NCBI GenBank assembly: GCA_963677485.1
Contig: OY781964.1
Span: forward strand, 1,056,001 to 1,120,000
DNA: 64,000 bases
Source of the DNA: Armatimonadota bacterium
Lineage (GTDB): Bacteria; Armatimonadota; HRBIN16
Reading direction: 5' to 3'
Below are positions 36,997 to 47,445 of this stretch, in pieces. The position numbers and the translations under genes are program-made. Under the pieces are notes generated by a model. The model was not told where the DNA came from. It saw only the letters and a list, made by a program, of their open reading frames with translations, and did no database searches. Within the stretch, counting starts at the first letter, position 1. Each line of letters starts with the position of its first letter.

Positions 36997-38456
36997 TTCT
37001 GATCTCCTCCAAATACCGATAGAAGGTGCTTGGTGATGTGGTCTCTCACCAACACATAATGCAGCTCCTCGTTCGCATTCAATGCCGCCATGATCTGTTC
37101 GCCATACGTATCCAAAAGCACACCGTATGAGATATGCAGTAGTTGCCTTACATCCAGGCGTGTGAAGAAGCTGACGGGGTCACCTGCGGGCACCGTATCG
37201 GGGAACTGCTCCGGTACGATGGCCACCACATAGGACTTCTTGCTTTCCGGCAGACTAGACAGGCTCTTTTCATACAGCTTGTTGAACAATTCAGGCTGAG
37301 AGACCGCAATCATCTTCACGGCTTGCAGCCAGCTTGTGCCGCTGGTTTTAAGGTGGAAATGCCCATCGGCAATCTCTCGGAACTTACCGTAGATGCTGAA
37401 TTTATCGCTACCGGAGTGCAGGCTTAACCGGTATCCGCCAATCAGCCGCGCGACCTCTGCATGAAGGCTTAGGTTCTCACTAAATTCGTCCATATCGCCA
37501 ACATAATCGACACCTTTTTGGAAGGCACCGGGGAATTTCGGGGCCAGTGAGGTGAACCCCACGCCCTGCCTGTGCAGATATTCCGCCACATACACGTGGT
37601 CTTCAATGGTCGTCTGACGGGCACCCTCGTCGATGCTGATTTCAAGGTCGTATTTCGGAATGCTGGAGCCAATGATCTGGGCAAAGTGATTAACTTGTTG
37701 TATCGCCTTTTCATAGATGAGAGCCGACTTCGTGAGCTCGTCTGCTGTGAGCTGATATTCATAACCCTGCGGGCTCTTAACGATCTGGCCGGTAAAGTAG
37801 CTGACAATACTCTGGCTTATCGGCGTTAATAGCTCAAAACAGGCCGCCAGGCCTTCTTCGCAAAGGCTGGTGATGTCTTGAAGCCAGTCACCGCAGTCGA
37901 TGGTGTACATGCTGTAACCCGCATCGATGGCGGCGCGCAGATTGTCTTCATCTTTAATATGATCTGCATCTGCCCCAAAAGGCCCTTCATAGCCTGTCTC
38001 AAGAAGCCCCATGACCGCGTCAAGTAATACGGACTCAAAAGTGCGATGGCACTTCTCCAGCTCACGAGGCGACTGCTGCGCCACCACTGGAAATGCCGGA
38101 TAGTCGACCAGAGCTGATATATGGGCCGCAGTGACCATTCCCAGCCGGTCACCACATCCGAAGCTCATGGGCAGATGACACGGTTTGGGGGTAACATCGG
38201 CCATAGCCTGTAGACGCTCGTAGTTCGCCCAATGCCACGGGTATAAGTTGGCGGTCAAGCTCACGGTGACTTGCACATCATCTTCGAACAACGGATCGAG
38301 TAGCTTGAAACGGCCATTACCTGACACGATACCAACATACTTCTGACAATTTCGTTTAGCAATGAACAGGCCAGAGCCATCACATAATGGTATGCATGAT
38401 TTTGGATAGACGCTAAATCCTAATCCCTCCATCACTGGAATGATATACTGTGTCAA
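36993..38456 (-). CDS. uxaE: Tagaturonate/fructuronate epimerase
   Basis: SFGCGDRLG, AQQSPREL, GADADH, EISIDE, HSGSDKF, HLKTSGTSW; TTG start after GAGGAGG is uncertain. Confidence 0.9.
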   Translation of the reverse strand: MTQYIIPVMEGLGFSVYPKSCIPLCDGSGLFIAKRNCQKYVGIVSGNGRFKLLDPLFEDDVQVTVSLTANLYPWHWANYERLQAMADVTPKPCHLPMSFGCGDRLGMVTAAHISALVDYPAFPVVAQQSPRELEKCHRTFESVLLDAVMGLLETGYEGPFGADADHIKDEDNLRAAIDAGYSMYTIDCGDWLQDITSLCEEGLAACFELLTPISQSIVSYFTGQIVKSPQGYEYQLTADELTKSALIYEKAIQQVNHFAQIIGSSIPKYDLEISIDEGARQTTIEDHVYVAEYLHRQGVGFTSLAPKFPGAFQKGVDYVGDMDEFSENLSLHAEVARLIGGYRLSLHSGSDKFSIYGKFREIADGHFHLKTSGTSWLQAVKMIAVSQPELFNKLYEKSLSSLPESKKSYVVAIVPEQFPDTVPAGDPVSFFTRLDVRQLLHISYGVLLDTYGEQIMAALNANEELHYVLVRDHITKHLLSVFGGDQK

Positions 38457-38683
38457 GTTAATCCCATCCTCCTCAGGCAATGAATCGTATATACCGGTTG
38501 CTTGGCGGCCATAGTGCGACCAGAACACCGTATCTCACGCGACTGCCTCTGTTGATAAGTATAACGCCGATCTGCTATAAACCACCACAGCCAAAGCACT
38601 GCATCACAGGCACATAACAACGGAAAGAGGGCAGACCGTCTCCAGTCTGCCCTCCTCATAGAAGCTCTCCTGCTGTGCAGAAG

Positions 38684-39673
38684 TTACTTCATCACGGTCA
38701 AGCCAACGAACAGGCTGTGCCCACGACCAAGCAGGTCTTGAGCGGTTGGGATCGCACCATCCGAGTAGTCCAACTGCACGATGCCGTTGCGGGTGATCCA
38801 GTTCATATGGAAGTTAGGGCGCCCATCATGGCTGTTCACAGTTGCATTGATATTGGGTGTAAGCAAATACTTCACACCTGCGATAGTGACGTTGGACTCA
38901 CGCTTCTGGAATACCGAACCGGTGTCCAGAATATCCCACTCCGTCAGGTAGAGCGTTGTTTTAGGGTTACACTGCCAGCTTGCACCGTAGCTGATGCATC
39001 GCTGTAGGAACTTCTCTGTCTGAGTGATGTCCACAGGACCGTGGGTATAGGCTTTGTACATGGTCGCTTCGGTGTCGAACTCCTGGTAGCTGTAATCCAC
39101 ACCCAGTTTGACACCATGCGGCAATCGCTGAGTGACCCCTAGACGTGCGCCTGTATTACTGCGTGTCCAGCCTTTGATAAGGGTGGTAGCCCCACTCGTT
39201 GCGTGCAGTGCGGTGTTATCTTTAGGTATGATACTCAGACCCACGGCGGTATTTCCAAAGCGTTGTGCATAGGAGAGTTCATACGCCTCGCCGTCAAGCT
39301 TTACCGGCAAACCAGGCAGTCCAGCTAATGGATGCATATTGCTCTCGAAACTCTTTCGGGCAATCCGAGCTACACCTGGGCCAACATCCACCAATACAGA
39401 CTGTGTATTCGTGTCTACATTAAACCCGCCAAATTCAAATGTGCCGTTGTAGAATTCAATGGCGGTCTGCTTTCCACGGTCCTTCAAAACCACAGTTTGC
39501 GCTGCGTATTTTGAGAGAGTGTCGGCGGTGGTCTCACTACCGCTTGTTGATATCCATCCGAATGCCATATTTCCAAGTTTTGTTAATGCCGTAGGAGATG
39601 GGGCAGCGTAAATAGCAGCCGGAGCTAATATAACTATGCCAAGGAGAAGAGATAAGAAGGGGCGTCGTGTCAT
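38684..39673 (-). CDS. Secreted, probable outer-membrane beta-barrel protein
   Basis: Signal peptide MTRRPFLSLLLGIVILAPAAIYA; alternating beta-strand patterns in the C-terminal two-thirds. Confidence 0.6.
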   Translation of the reverse strand: MTRRPFLSLLLGIVILAPAAIYAAPSPTALTKLGNMAFGWISTSGSETTADTLSKYAAQTVVLKDRGKQTAIEFYNGTFEFGGFNVDTNTQSVLVDVGPGVARIARKSFESNMHPLAGLPGLPVKLDGEAYELSYAQRFGNTAVGLSIIPKDNTALHATSGATTLIKGWTRSNTGARLGVTQRLPHGVKLGVDYSYQEFDTEATMYKAYTHGPVDITQTEKFLQRCISYGASWQCNPKTTLYLTEWDILDTGSVFQKRESNVTIAGVKYLLTPNINATVNSHDGRPNFHMNWITRNGIVQLDYSDGAIPTAQDLLGRGHSLFVGLTVMK

Positions 39674-39807
39674 GGGGTGTCCTTTCAAAATCGACAGATA
39701 ATTCGTCACCATTTTGACACTCTACCAGCAACACATAGCTCATAGATAGTGATTTTTAACTAATACATCAATTTATGCAATTAGAACATTCGACTGCATA
39801 TGTACAA

Positions 39808-39848
39808 ATACCAGTAAAATGACACATATACTGTCATTTTACTGGTAT
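39808..39848. promoter_or_regulatory. Perfect 17-bp inverted repeat (operator or terminator)
   Basis: ATACCAGTAAAATGACA-N7-TGTCATTTTACTGGTAT. Confidence 0.6.
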
Positions 39849-39888
39849 GATACACGGTGCTGTTCAACTGATGGTTCAATTATTGCAA

Positions 39889-40788
39889 CTACACCGATAT
39901 TTTGGCGGATACCAAGCCCATCAAGGCATTAAGGAAATCGGGCGATGCATTTAGTGAAGCTGTACGAAGGTATTTAAGACCCAACTCCTCAGCACATGAG
40001 CGTGCCTCTATATCAAGGTCGTATAAAACCTCAAGATGGTCACAAACAAACCCGATGGGGCAAACCACCACGCAGTTGACACCTTGCTCATCGGCCATCT
40101 CGGTGATCACTTCCGTCACCGACGGCCCAATCCACGGTTCATTGGTTCTGGCGGCACTTTGCCACGCCACTGTGTAGTCGGTAATGCCGCAGAGTTGTGC
40201 CACCGCGTCTGCAGATGCTTGAACCTGCTCTTCATAACTGTCGTGCCAGCTTCGGATCCGCGCAGGAAGACTGTGAGCACTGAATATCACCATGGTTTCA
40301 TCGGCCACCAGACCGAACATCGCATCCTTCACGCGACTGGCGACGGCGTCCAGAAACACAGGGTCATCCCCCCACTGCGGAATCGAGGTCAGTTCAATGC
40401 CCTGTTTCGCTGCAGCCTCCGAGGCACGAACGAAGTAACGGTCAGCACCCAGCCGACAGCTATGGGGCGCGAGGGCGAGGGCGACAGCATGAGTGACGCC
40501 TTCCCTACCCATCTGCTCCACCGTCTCTTCGATGAAGGGGTGCCAATGCAGATAACCCACATGCACCCTGGATGGTCCCACCTTCTGGGAAAGCAACCGC
40601 TGCAGCCCCTCAGCCTGTGACCTGGTGATGGAGGCCAGCGGTGAAGGTCCACCAAGTACCTCATACAGACCAAGCAGCCTGGCGAGGGCCTCCTCCGGTA
40701 GAGGCTGCCCACCGCGGATGTGCTGGTAATACTCCGGTAGATCACTTAACTCTTCAGGCGCACCATGTGCCATCAGTAGGATATCCAT
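39889..40788 (-). CDS. hemH: Ferrochelatase
   Basis: LLMAHGAP, GGPSPL, FSAHSLP, WQSA..T.EPWIGP, GFVCDHLEVLYDLD. Confidence 0.95.
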   Translation of the reverse strand: MDILLMAHGAPEELSDLPEYYQHIRGGQPLPEEALARLLGLYEVLGGPSPLASITRSQAEGLQRLLSQKVGPSRVHVGYLHWHPFIEETVEQMGREGVTHAVALALAPHSCRLGADRYFVRASEAAAKQGIELTSIPQWGDDPVFLDAVASRVKDAMFGLVADETMVIFSAHSLPARIRSWHDSYEEQVQASADAVAQLCGITDYTVAWQSAARTNEPWIGPSVTEVITEMADEQGVNCVVVCPIGFVCDHLEVLYDLDIEARSCAEELGLKYLRTASLNASPDFLNALMGLVSAKISV

Positions 40789-40800
40789 GAGCTTCCTCCT

Positions 40801-40837
40801 AAAAACAGGTATCGGGGTGCCAAAAAGGCACCCCGAT
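40801..40837 (-). terminator. Hairpin between cydB and hemH
   Basis: ATCGGGGTGCC-N5-GGCACCCCGAT followed on the minus strand by ACCTGTTTTT. Confidence 0.6.
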
Positions 40838-40850
40838 CATTAGTGATGCT

Positions 40851-41873
40851 CTAGTAATGCAGCTCATCGGATACGCTACCCCGAAAAGTCCGGTGTATCC
40901 ATATCGTATAAGCCAGCACGATCGGAAGCATGATAGCAGTGATGATGGTCATCACCTTCAGGGTCAGCTCGGAGCTTGAGGCGTTGGCCGCACTCAAACT
41001 GAACTCAGGATTGTTGACTGCGTAGACCATATTGGGGAAGAGCATCAACCCCATACAGACAAACAGCAGCAAGATACTGAGGCTTGAGCAGGTAAAGGCA
41101 CTGCGCAGATGCTGGTATTTGATAGCGACGCCCACAGCCAGTGTCAGGCCGAACGCCAACACAGGGAATATATACAGCATCGGCGTATCGTGATAGCTAG
41201 CCATCAGAGGGTTGCGAGCTGCGGTGATGCCCACATAGGCGGCCAATAACACCGCAAACAACCCCCATGCTCCCTGAGCACCCGTCAGTATCCGTTTCTT
41301 CAACTCGCCAGTAGTGCGCAGCGAACCGAATAGCCCGGCATGCATCACCATGAAGGCCACACTCACCACACCCGAAAACAGGCCAATCGGGTTGAGCAGT
41401 GTTAGTAGCGTGCCCGTGAAGTCTCCCCCAGCGTTCATGGGGATACCCCACAGCAGATTGCCCGCGGCCACACCAAACAGTAGCGAAGCCAGCAGGCTGC
41501 TGATGCCAAACACCTGTCCCCAGTTGTTCTGCCATTTGGCACTTGGCAACTGGTGGCGGAACTCGATGGAGATCGCACGCATGATCAGCGCGAACAACAC
41601 CAGCATCATAGCCAGATAAAACCCGCTAAACACCGTGGCGTAAACAGGCGGAAATGCGGCGAAAAGAGCTCCACCGGCGGTGATCAACCAGACTTCATTG
41701 CCATCCCAGTAAGGCATGATGGCATTCATCAGGCTGTTGCGCTCTTTTTCGTCCTTCGTGGTGAGCATCCACCAGCCCATACCCAGGTCGAAGCCGTCCA
41801 GCAAGGTGTATCCAGCAATAAGGATGCCGATCAGCCAGAACCAGGTGGATTGCAGAATCGTGGGCTCCATCAT
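40851..41873 (-). CDS. cydB: Cytochrome bd oxidase subunit II
   Basis: LDGFDLG, PYWDGNEVWL..AGGALFAAFP. Confidence 0.97.
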   Translation of the reverse strand: MMEPTILQSTWFWLIGILIAGYTLLDGFDLGMGWWMLTTKDEKERNSLMNAIMPYWDGNEVWLITAGGALFAAFPPVYATVFSGFYLAMMLVLFALIMRAISIEFRHQLPSAKWQNNWGQVFGISSLLASLLFGVAAGNLLWGIPMNAGGDFTGTLLTLLNPIGLFSGVVSVAFMVMHAGLFGSLRTTGELKKRILTGAQGAWGLFAVLLAAYVGITAARNPLMASYHDTPMLYIFPVLAFGLTLAVGVAIKYQHLRSAFTCSSLSILLLFVCMGLMLFPNMVYAVNNPEFSLSAANASSSELTLKVMTIITAIMLPIVLAYTIWIHRTFRGSVSDELHY

Positions 41874-43237
41874 GCTGGCTCACCTCCCTCTGGGCCCTTC
41901 GCAATTTGCTTGCGTATGGTCATTAACCACAGGCCGAATATCGCTGCATACACCACCAAGAAGAGTATGATGGTGAACAGCACCTGCCAGGCCGGCACAT
42001 TCACACTGACGGAATCCACCGTCAGCAGCATGTTTTGAACCGTCCACGGCTGGCGTCCCATTTCGGTCACTGCCCAGCCCAGGTTGTTAGCGATCCAGGG
42101 CAGAGGCATCATCCACATTGCGATCTTCAGGTAGAGCCTGTTCGTGGCGATGCTGCCCTTCCACGAAAGCCAGGCACCGATCAGCACCAGCAGTGCCATC
42201 AGCATGCCGAGACCAACCATCGCCCGGAACCCGAAAAACAGGACCAGGATAGAGGGCCAGACATCTTGAACTTTGGTGACCTTTGGGTTGTCGATGCCCT
42301 TCAATATCGCAGGGTCATTCAAACCCATCACTTTGCATTTAGGCGTGCCAGATATCATCCAGCTTAGCATGGCGGGCATGCGTATGGCATAATCTGTCCT
42401 GCCCAGATCAGGCCGAGGCCATCCGATCAGGGTCATCGCAGCCGGGCACTCTGTGTCAAACAGAGCCTCATACGCCGCCAGCTTGACTGGCTGGTTGTGC
42501 GCGGTGTTGACCGCATGCCAGTGACCAATCAAAGGCTGGGCACAGGTGCTGATCACCGCCCAGATGATGGCGGTTTTGAGTGAGACTGTGGCGAACACCA
42601 CGTTCTTGCCCTTCAGCAAATACCAGGCACTCACACCGATCACGAAGAAAGAGCCGGTCATGATGGCCCCATCGATGGTGTGAAAGAACCGGGGCAGCAT
42701 GCTAGGGTTGAAGACGGCGCCCCAGAAGTTATCAAGAACAGGCCGGCCAGCACTCATCTTGAATCCTGCGGGGGTCTGCTGCCAGCTATTGGCGATCAGT
42801 ATCCAAAAGCCGGATATGGTCGATCCAAACGCCACCAAAAAGGCGGAGAGCTTCAGCATATCCGCTGAGACCTTATTCCAGCCCAGTAAAAGCACAGCCA
42901 TGAAAGTCGATTCAAGGAAAAACGCGGTCAGCGCCTCGGCGGCCAGAAGTGAGCCGAACACATCGCCGACGAAGCGGCTGTAGCTGGCCCAGTTGGTTCC
43001 AAACTGGAACTCCATGGCGATGCCGGTGGAGACACCCACGGCGAAACTGATACCGAATAGCTTGATCCAGAACCTGGCCATCGCGCGATCTGCTGCAGAT
43101 TTCGTCTTGGCATATCGGCTGACCATGCCGAAAATAATCCAGGACAGGCCGATAGTTAAAGGAGGAAAAAGAAAATGGAAAGCGATGGTGAGCCCGAACT
43201 GGATTCTGGCGAGAAGAACAGCATCCAAACTTGGCAC
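41870..43237 (-). CDS. cydA: Cytochrome bd oxidase subunit I
   Basis: LARIQF..T..FH, EFQFGTNW, FFLESTF, QPVKLAAYE, EMGRQPW. Confidence 0.97.
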   Translation of the reverse strand: MPSLDAVLLARIQFGLTIAFHFLFPPLTIGLSWIIFGMVSRYAKTKSAADRAMARFWIKLFGISFAVGVSTGIAMEFQFGTNWASYSRFVGDVFGSLLAAEALTAFFLESTFMAVLLLGWNKVSADMLKLSAFLVAFGSTISGFWILIANSWQQTPAGFKMSAGRPVLDNFWGAVFNPSMLPRFFHTIDGAIMTGSFFVIGVSAWYLLKGKNVVFATVSLKTAIIWAVISTCAQPLIGHWHAVNTAHNQPVKLAAYEALFDTECPAAMTLIGWPRPDLGRTDYAIRMPAMLSWMISGTPKCKVMGLNDPAILKGIDNPKVTKVQDVWPSILVLFFGFRAMVGLGMLMALLVLIGAWLSWKGSIATNRLYLKIAMWMMPLPWIANNLGWAVTEMGRQPWTVQNMLLTVDSVSVNVPAWQVLFTIILFLVVYAAIFGLWLMTIRKQIAKGPEGGEPA

Positions 43238-44654
43238 CTCCGTGTCAGTCGTAGTACTAGTTCAGTTATACCCGAAATGTGCCAGCAGGCGTTAAGATGC
43301 CCATAAATGGCTGGGGATATCCACAGATGAGGCAGTTTGTCGTAACCACGAATGGACACGAACGGACACGAATGGGAAGGATCCATCCACAGATTACACA
43401 GGTTACGCAGATTAGGTGAGGAGTTGCTGCCAATGTCCGGGGCGGTTTTCCCCAACCGCGCCGGTCTTTCTCCAAGGCAGACAGCAATCGGCACGAAGGG
43501 AAAGATCTCACGCCGAGATCACGGAGGGGGTCATGACCACACAGGTTTGATGGAGTGCCGACACCAGTGGTACTCCCACCGCGACATCAATGTCTCGGCT
43601 ATTGGCAAGAAAGACTGCTGAAGCAGCCTGAAGTCGTCGTACGGCCTCCGGGCACCCACGGAGTGGGTAAGATTCTTATAGCCAGGGGTGAGCGAAGCGA
43701 TACCCCTGGAAATGGCCGCGGTACCCCTACCCCGAAGTGGGTCGTCCAATGACGATGTGGCTGATCACCTCCGATACAAGCCACCAGCCACGCTACGACG
43801 GGTTCCATCGCCCCGTAAACGGGGCTCCATCACCCATCGCTGATCAGTTTGCAGCCCGCAAGCGGGCGCAGCGGAAGGTCATCGCAACCCAATTGCCTTA
43901 GTCCGGGGCGGTTTTCCCTAACCGCGCCGGTCTTTCTCCAAGGTAGACAGCAATCGGCATGAAGGGAACGATCTCACGCGGAGATCACGGAGGGGTCATG
44001 ACCACGTCGGTTTGGTGGAGCGCCTACTACACCAGCGGTCCTTCCGCCGCGACATCAATGTTTCGGCTATTGACAAATAAGACTGCTGAAGCAGCCTGAA
44101 GTCGTGGCGCGGCCTCCGGGCACCCACGGAGTGGGTATGATTCCTTATAGCCAGGGGTGAGCGAAGCGATACCCCTGGAAAAGGCCGCGGAAAACGTAAC
44201 CCCGAAGTGGGTCGTCCGCTGACGCATCGGCAGATCACCTCCGATACAAGCCACTAGCCCTGCTACGACGGGTTCCATCGCCCCGTGAACGGGCTCCGTC
44301 ACCCATCGCTGATCAGTTTGCAGCCCGCAAGCGGGCGCAGCGGAAGGCCATCGCAACCCAATTGCCTTAGTCCGGGGCGGTTTTCCCTAACCGCGCCGGT
44401 CTTTCTCCAGGGCAGACAGCGATCGGCACGAAGGGAACGATCTCACGCCGAGATCACGGAGGGGTCATGACCGCGCAGGATTGATGGAGTGCCTACACCA
44501 GCAGCCCTCCCACCGCGACATCAATGTCTCGGCTATTGAAAAACAAGCATCCGCCCGTGCCTACCCGGCAGCCCATACTGTAACTGATGCGTTTCAGGTA
44601 CATTTATAGCACACATCTCTTGACAGCATCCCCGGACAGTCTTTGGTGCATAAT

Positions 44655-44770
44655 AGCCCGTTAACAAGCATGGGGCGGAAAGGTGGCTGATCAGCCAGAT
44701 GGTGTAGTGCTCGGTGGCGAACCCGAGTGAACCCGATTACAAGATTTCACGCATATGCCTTTCCGGCTCG
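44655..44770 (+). ncRNA. Candidate bridge/guide RNA of the second IS110
   Basis: Nested stems; loops carry ACAAGCAT (44664-44671) and TTACAAGA (44737-44744), matching the element's junctions. Confidence 0.5.
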
Positions 44771-44806
44771 AGATGTGTTCATATTTCTAAGTGTGAGGAT
44801 CAAACA

Positions 44807-46246
44807 ATGGCACAGCACTCTCGAAAAGACAACTCGCCTGTAGAGGCCAAGCCTCCTTCCCACTCCCTGTTGTCGCGCCGTGTACCGGCCCCTCGGTTCG
44901 TAGCTCATTATCCAAAAGAGGATCTCCAGGTGATCCACCGCAATGCAGCGGGCATTGACCTAGCAGGGCGCGGCGCTCACTTCATCGCTCTGGAGATCAG
45001 TGAAACAGAGCTTGAGGTCATAGAGGTGGGGGGAATGACCCCGGATCTGACGGTGTGGGTTGAGTATCTGAAATCGCATGCCGTGACTACGGTGGCGATG
45101 GAGGCGACCGGTGTCTACTGGATTCCGGTGTACGATGCTCTGGAGAAGGCCGGCATCGAAGTATTTCTGGTGAACCCAAGCCATGCTAAGAATGTTCCTG
45201 GACGCCCGAAAGATGACAAGCTAGACGCACGTTGGTTACAGAAGCTGCATAAATTCGGCTTGCTTTCAGCCTCGTTTCGCCCGAGCGAAGACATTCGCCC
45301 GTTGCTAGAATTCTGGCACCAACGAAGTAAACAAGTGGAATTCTGCGGTGATGCGGTCCGTCGCCAGCAGAGGGCTCTGGATATGATGAATCTGCGCCCG
45401 CACCAGGTAATAAGCGACCTGGATGGAGTGACTGGTCAGCGTATCGTGGACGCGATCGTGAATGGAGAGCGTGATCCAGTCAAACTGGCGTCATATCGCG
45501 ATCATCGATGTCACTGCACCGATGAAGAGCTTTATGCGGCTTTGACAGGGTATTACCAACCCCACCTGGTGTTTGCTCTCAAGATAGCCCGAAACGACCA
45601 TCTTTTCCATCAGGCTCAAATCGCTCAGATCGATGCTCAGATATTACAGCATCTTACTGCGATCATGCCTGAGAATGATGATCAGATCACGGAAGCTGTT
45701 AGCTTGGAAACCCACCCAGTCAACCAGGGAAAACATCCACCGCCATTTAATGCTGGTGCGATGGTGACACTGTTTCTGGGTGTAGACCCAACCCAGCTAC
45801 CAGGAATCGGCGGTCTCACAGCTCTGGGCCTTCTGTCTATGTTAGGCTACGACATGGATAAGTGGAAAACGGATCGACATTTCGGGTCATACCTTGGTCT
45901 TGCGCCGGTTCAGAAGATCAGCGGAGGTAAACGGCTATCGAGCCGTACCCGGCCTGGCATACATCCTGCGGCCGTTCTGTTTCTGCAGTCGGCCGTTGCG
46001 ACTATACGTTCTGATAATGCTTACGGTGCTTTCTAAAGACGCTTAGCGGCTCGCATCAGTAAGCCTAAAGCTCTCTATGCCACCGCATACAAAATCGCCA
46101 GGATGTACTACCATCTGCTAAAAGACGGCCAGCAATACGTTGATCTTGGGGTTCAGGATTACGAAGCGAGGTATCAGTCTCATCAAGTTGCAGCCATGAG
46201 AAAGAGGGCCAAGAAGTTAGGTTTCGATCTGATCGAAGCCGTCTGA
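44807..46246 (+). pseudogene. IS110 recombinase with in-frame TAA at 46034-46036
   Basis: NAAGID, AMEATGVYW, KDDKLDA, LPGIG, KISGGK; after the stop the frame continues RRLAARISKPKALYATAYKIARMYY...LGFDLIEAV. Confidence 0.9.
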
Positions 46247-47399
46247 CCATTTGATTTTCGATGCTTTCAAGCACAATTTTATCGGAGAAGTGCATAGGCA
46301 GCTCCGACAGGCATTCTATACCCAATAGGTGGTATGATCGCCGTATAAAGGTTACTTACAAGACTGCTGAAGCAGCCTGAAGTCGTCGCGCGGCCTCCGG
46401 GCACCCACGGAGTGGGTAAGATTCCTTATAGCCAGGGGTGAGCGTAGCGATACCCCTGGTAAAGGCCGCGGTACCCTACCCCCGGACGGGGGTCGTCCGA
46501 TGACGATGTGGCTGATCACCTCCGATACAAGCCACCAGCCCCGCTACGACGGGTTCCATCGCCCCGTGAACGGGGCTCCATCACCCATCGCTGATCAGTT
46601 TGCAGCCCGCAAGCGGGCGCAGCGGAAGGCCACCGCAGCCCAAATGCCGAAGTCCGGGGCGGTTTTCCCTAACCGCGCCGGTCTTTCTCCAGGGCAGACG
46701 GCGATCGGCACGAAGGGAAAGATCTCACGCGGAGACGCGGAGATCACGGAGGGGTCATGACCGCGCAGGTTTGATGGAGTGCCTACACCAGCGGTCCTCC
46801 CGCCGCGACATAAATGTCTCGGCTATTGACAAAAAAGACTGCTGAAGCAGCCTGAAGTCGTCGTACGGCCTCCGGGCACCCACGGAGTGGGTAAGATTCC
46901 TTATAGCCAGGGGTGAGCGAAGCGATACCCCTGGAAAAGGCCGCGGTACCCTACCCCCGGACGGGGGTCGTCCGCTGACGATGTGGTTGATCACCTCCGA
47001 TACAAGCCACCAGCCCCGCTACGACGGGTTCCATCGCCCCGTGAACGGGGCTCCATCACCCATCGCTGATCAGTTTGCAGCCCGCAAGCGGGCGCAGCGG
47101 AAGGCCACCGTAGCTCAAATGCCACAGTCCGGGGCGGTTTTCCCTAACCGCGCCGGTCTTTCTCCAAGGCAGACGGCAATCGGCACGAAAGGAAGACAGT
47201 CCACAGATCGCACATATTGTCTGAACCACGAATATACACGAATGGACACGAATGGCTATAAACACAACGCAAAGTCGCAAAGAAGCAAGGACGCAAAGGT
47301 TGGCGGAGGCGATTCACCATCCGTGTCATCCGTGGTTCAGACGATAACGCAGCATGGACACGAACACCGTATCACAACATAATGCCCCATCCGCCGCAC

Positions 47400-47431
47400 A
47401 AAAAAAGGCGCGGACATTCCTGTCCGCGCCT
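47400..47431 (-). terminator. Rho-independent terminator after nfnB
   Basis: AGGCGCGGACA-N4-TGTCCGCGCCT plus T-tract on the minus strand. Confidence 0.85.
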
Positions 47432-47445
47432 GAGATGCAGATGGC

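Larger units (their letters stand above)
44543..46362 (+). mobile_element. Second IS110-family element inserted in the 470-bp repeat, flanked by ACAAG
   Basis: ACAAG at 44543-44547 and 46358-46362. Removing the element restores CTATTGAAAAACAAGACTGCTG, the same length as sister units (e.g. CTATTGACAAATAAGACTGCTG). Confidence 0.9.
43320..47365. repeat. Tandem array of ~470-bp multi-hairpin units (4 full + 1 partial), third unit split by IS110
   Basis: TCCGGGGCGGTTTTCCC anchors at 43436, 43902, 44371, 46653, 47128; bracketed by short 9-mer repeat modules. Confidence 0.92.

Noticed and set aside
43156-44470. Many short ORFs in the repeat array (also 46500-47382 and 57203-58760)
   Set aside because: Frames are not preserved between repeat copies and there are no RBS or protein motifs.
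44620-44654. TTGACA...CATAAT as the promoter of the second IS110
   Set aside because: Spacing is 23 bp, too long for a canonical sigma70 pair; the -10 might still work with another element.
43320-47365. Possible CRISPR array
   Set aside because: Units are ~470 bp and similar throughout, with no unique spacers and no cas genes.
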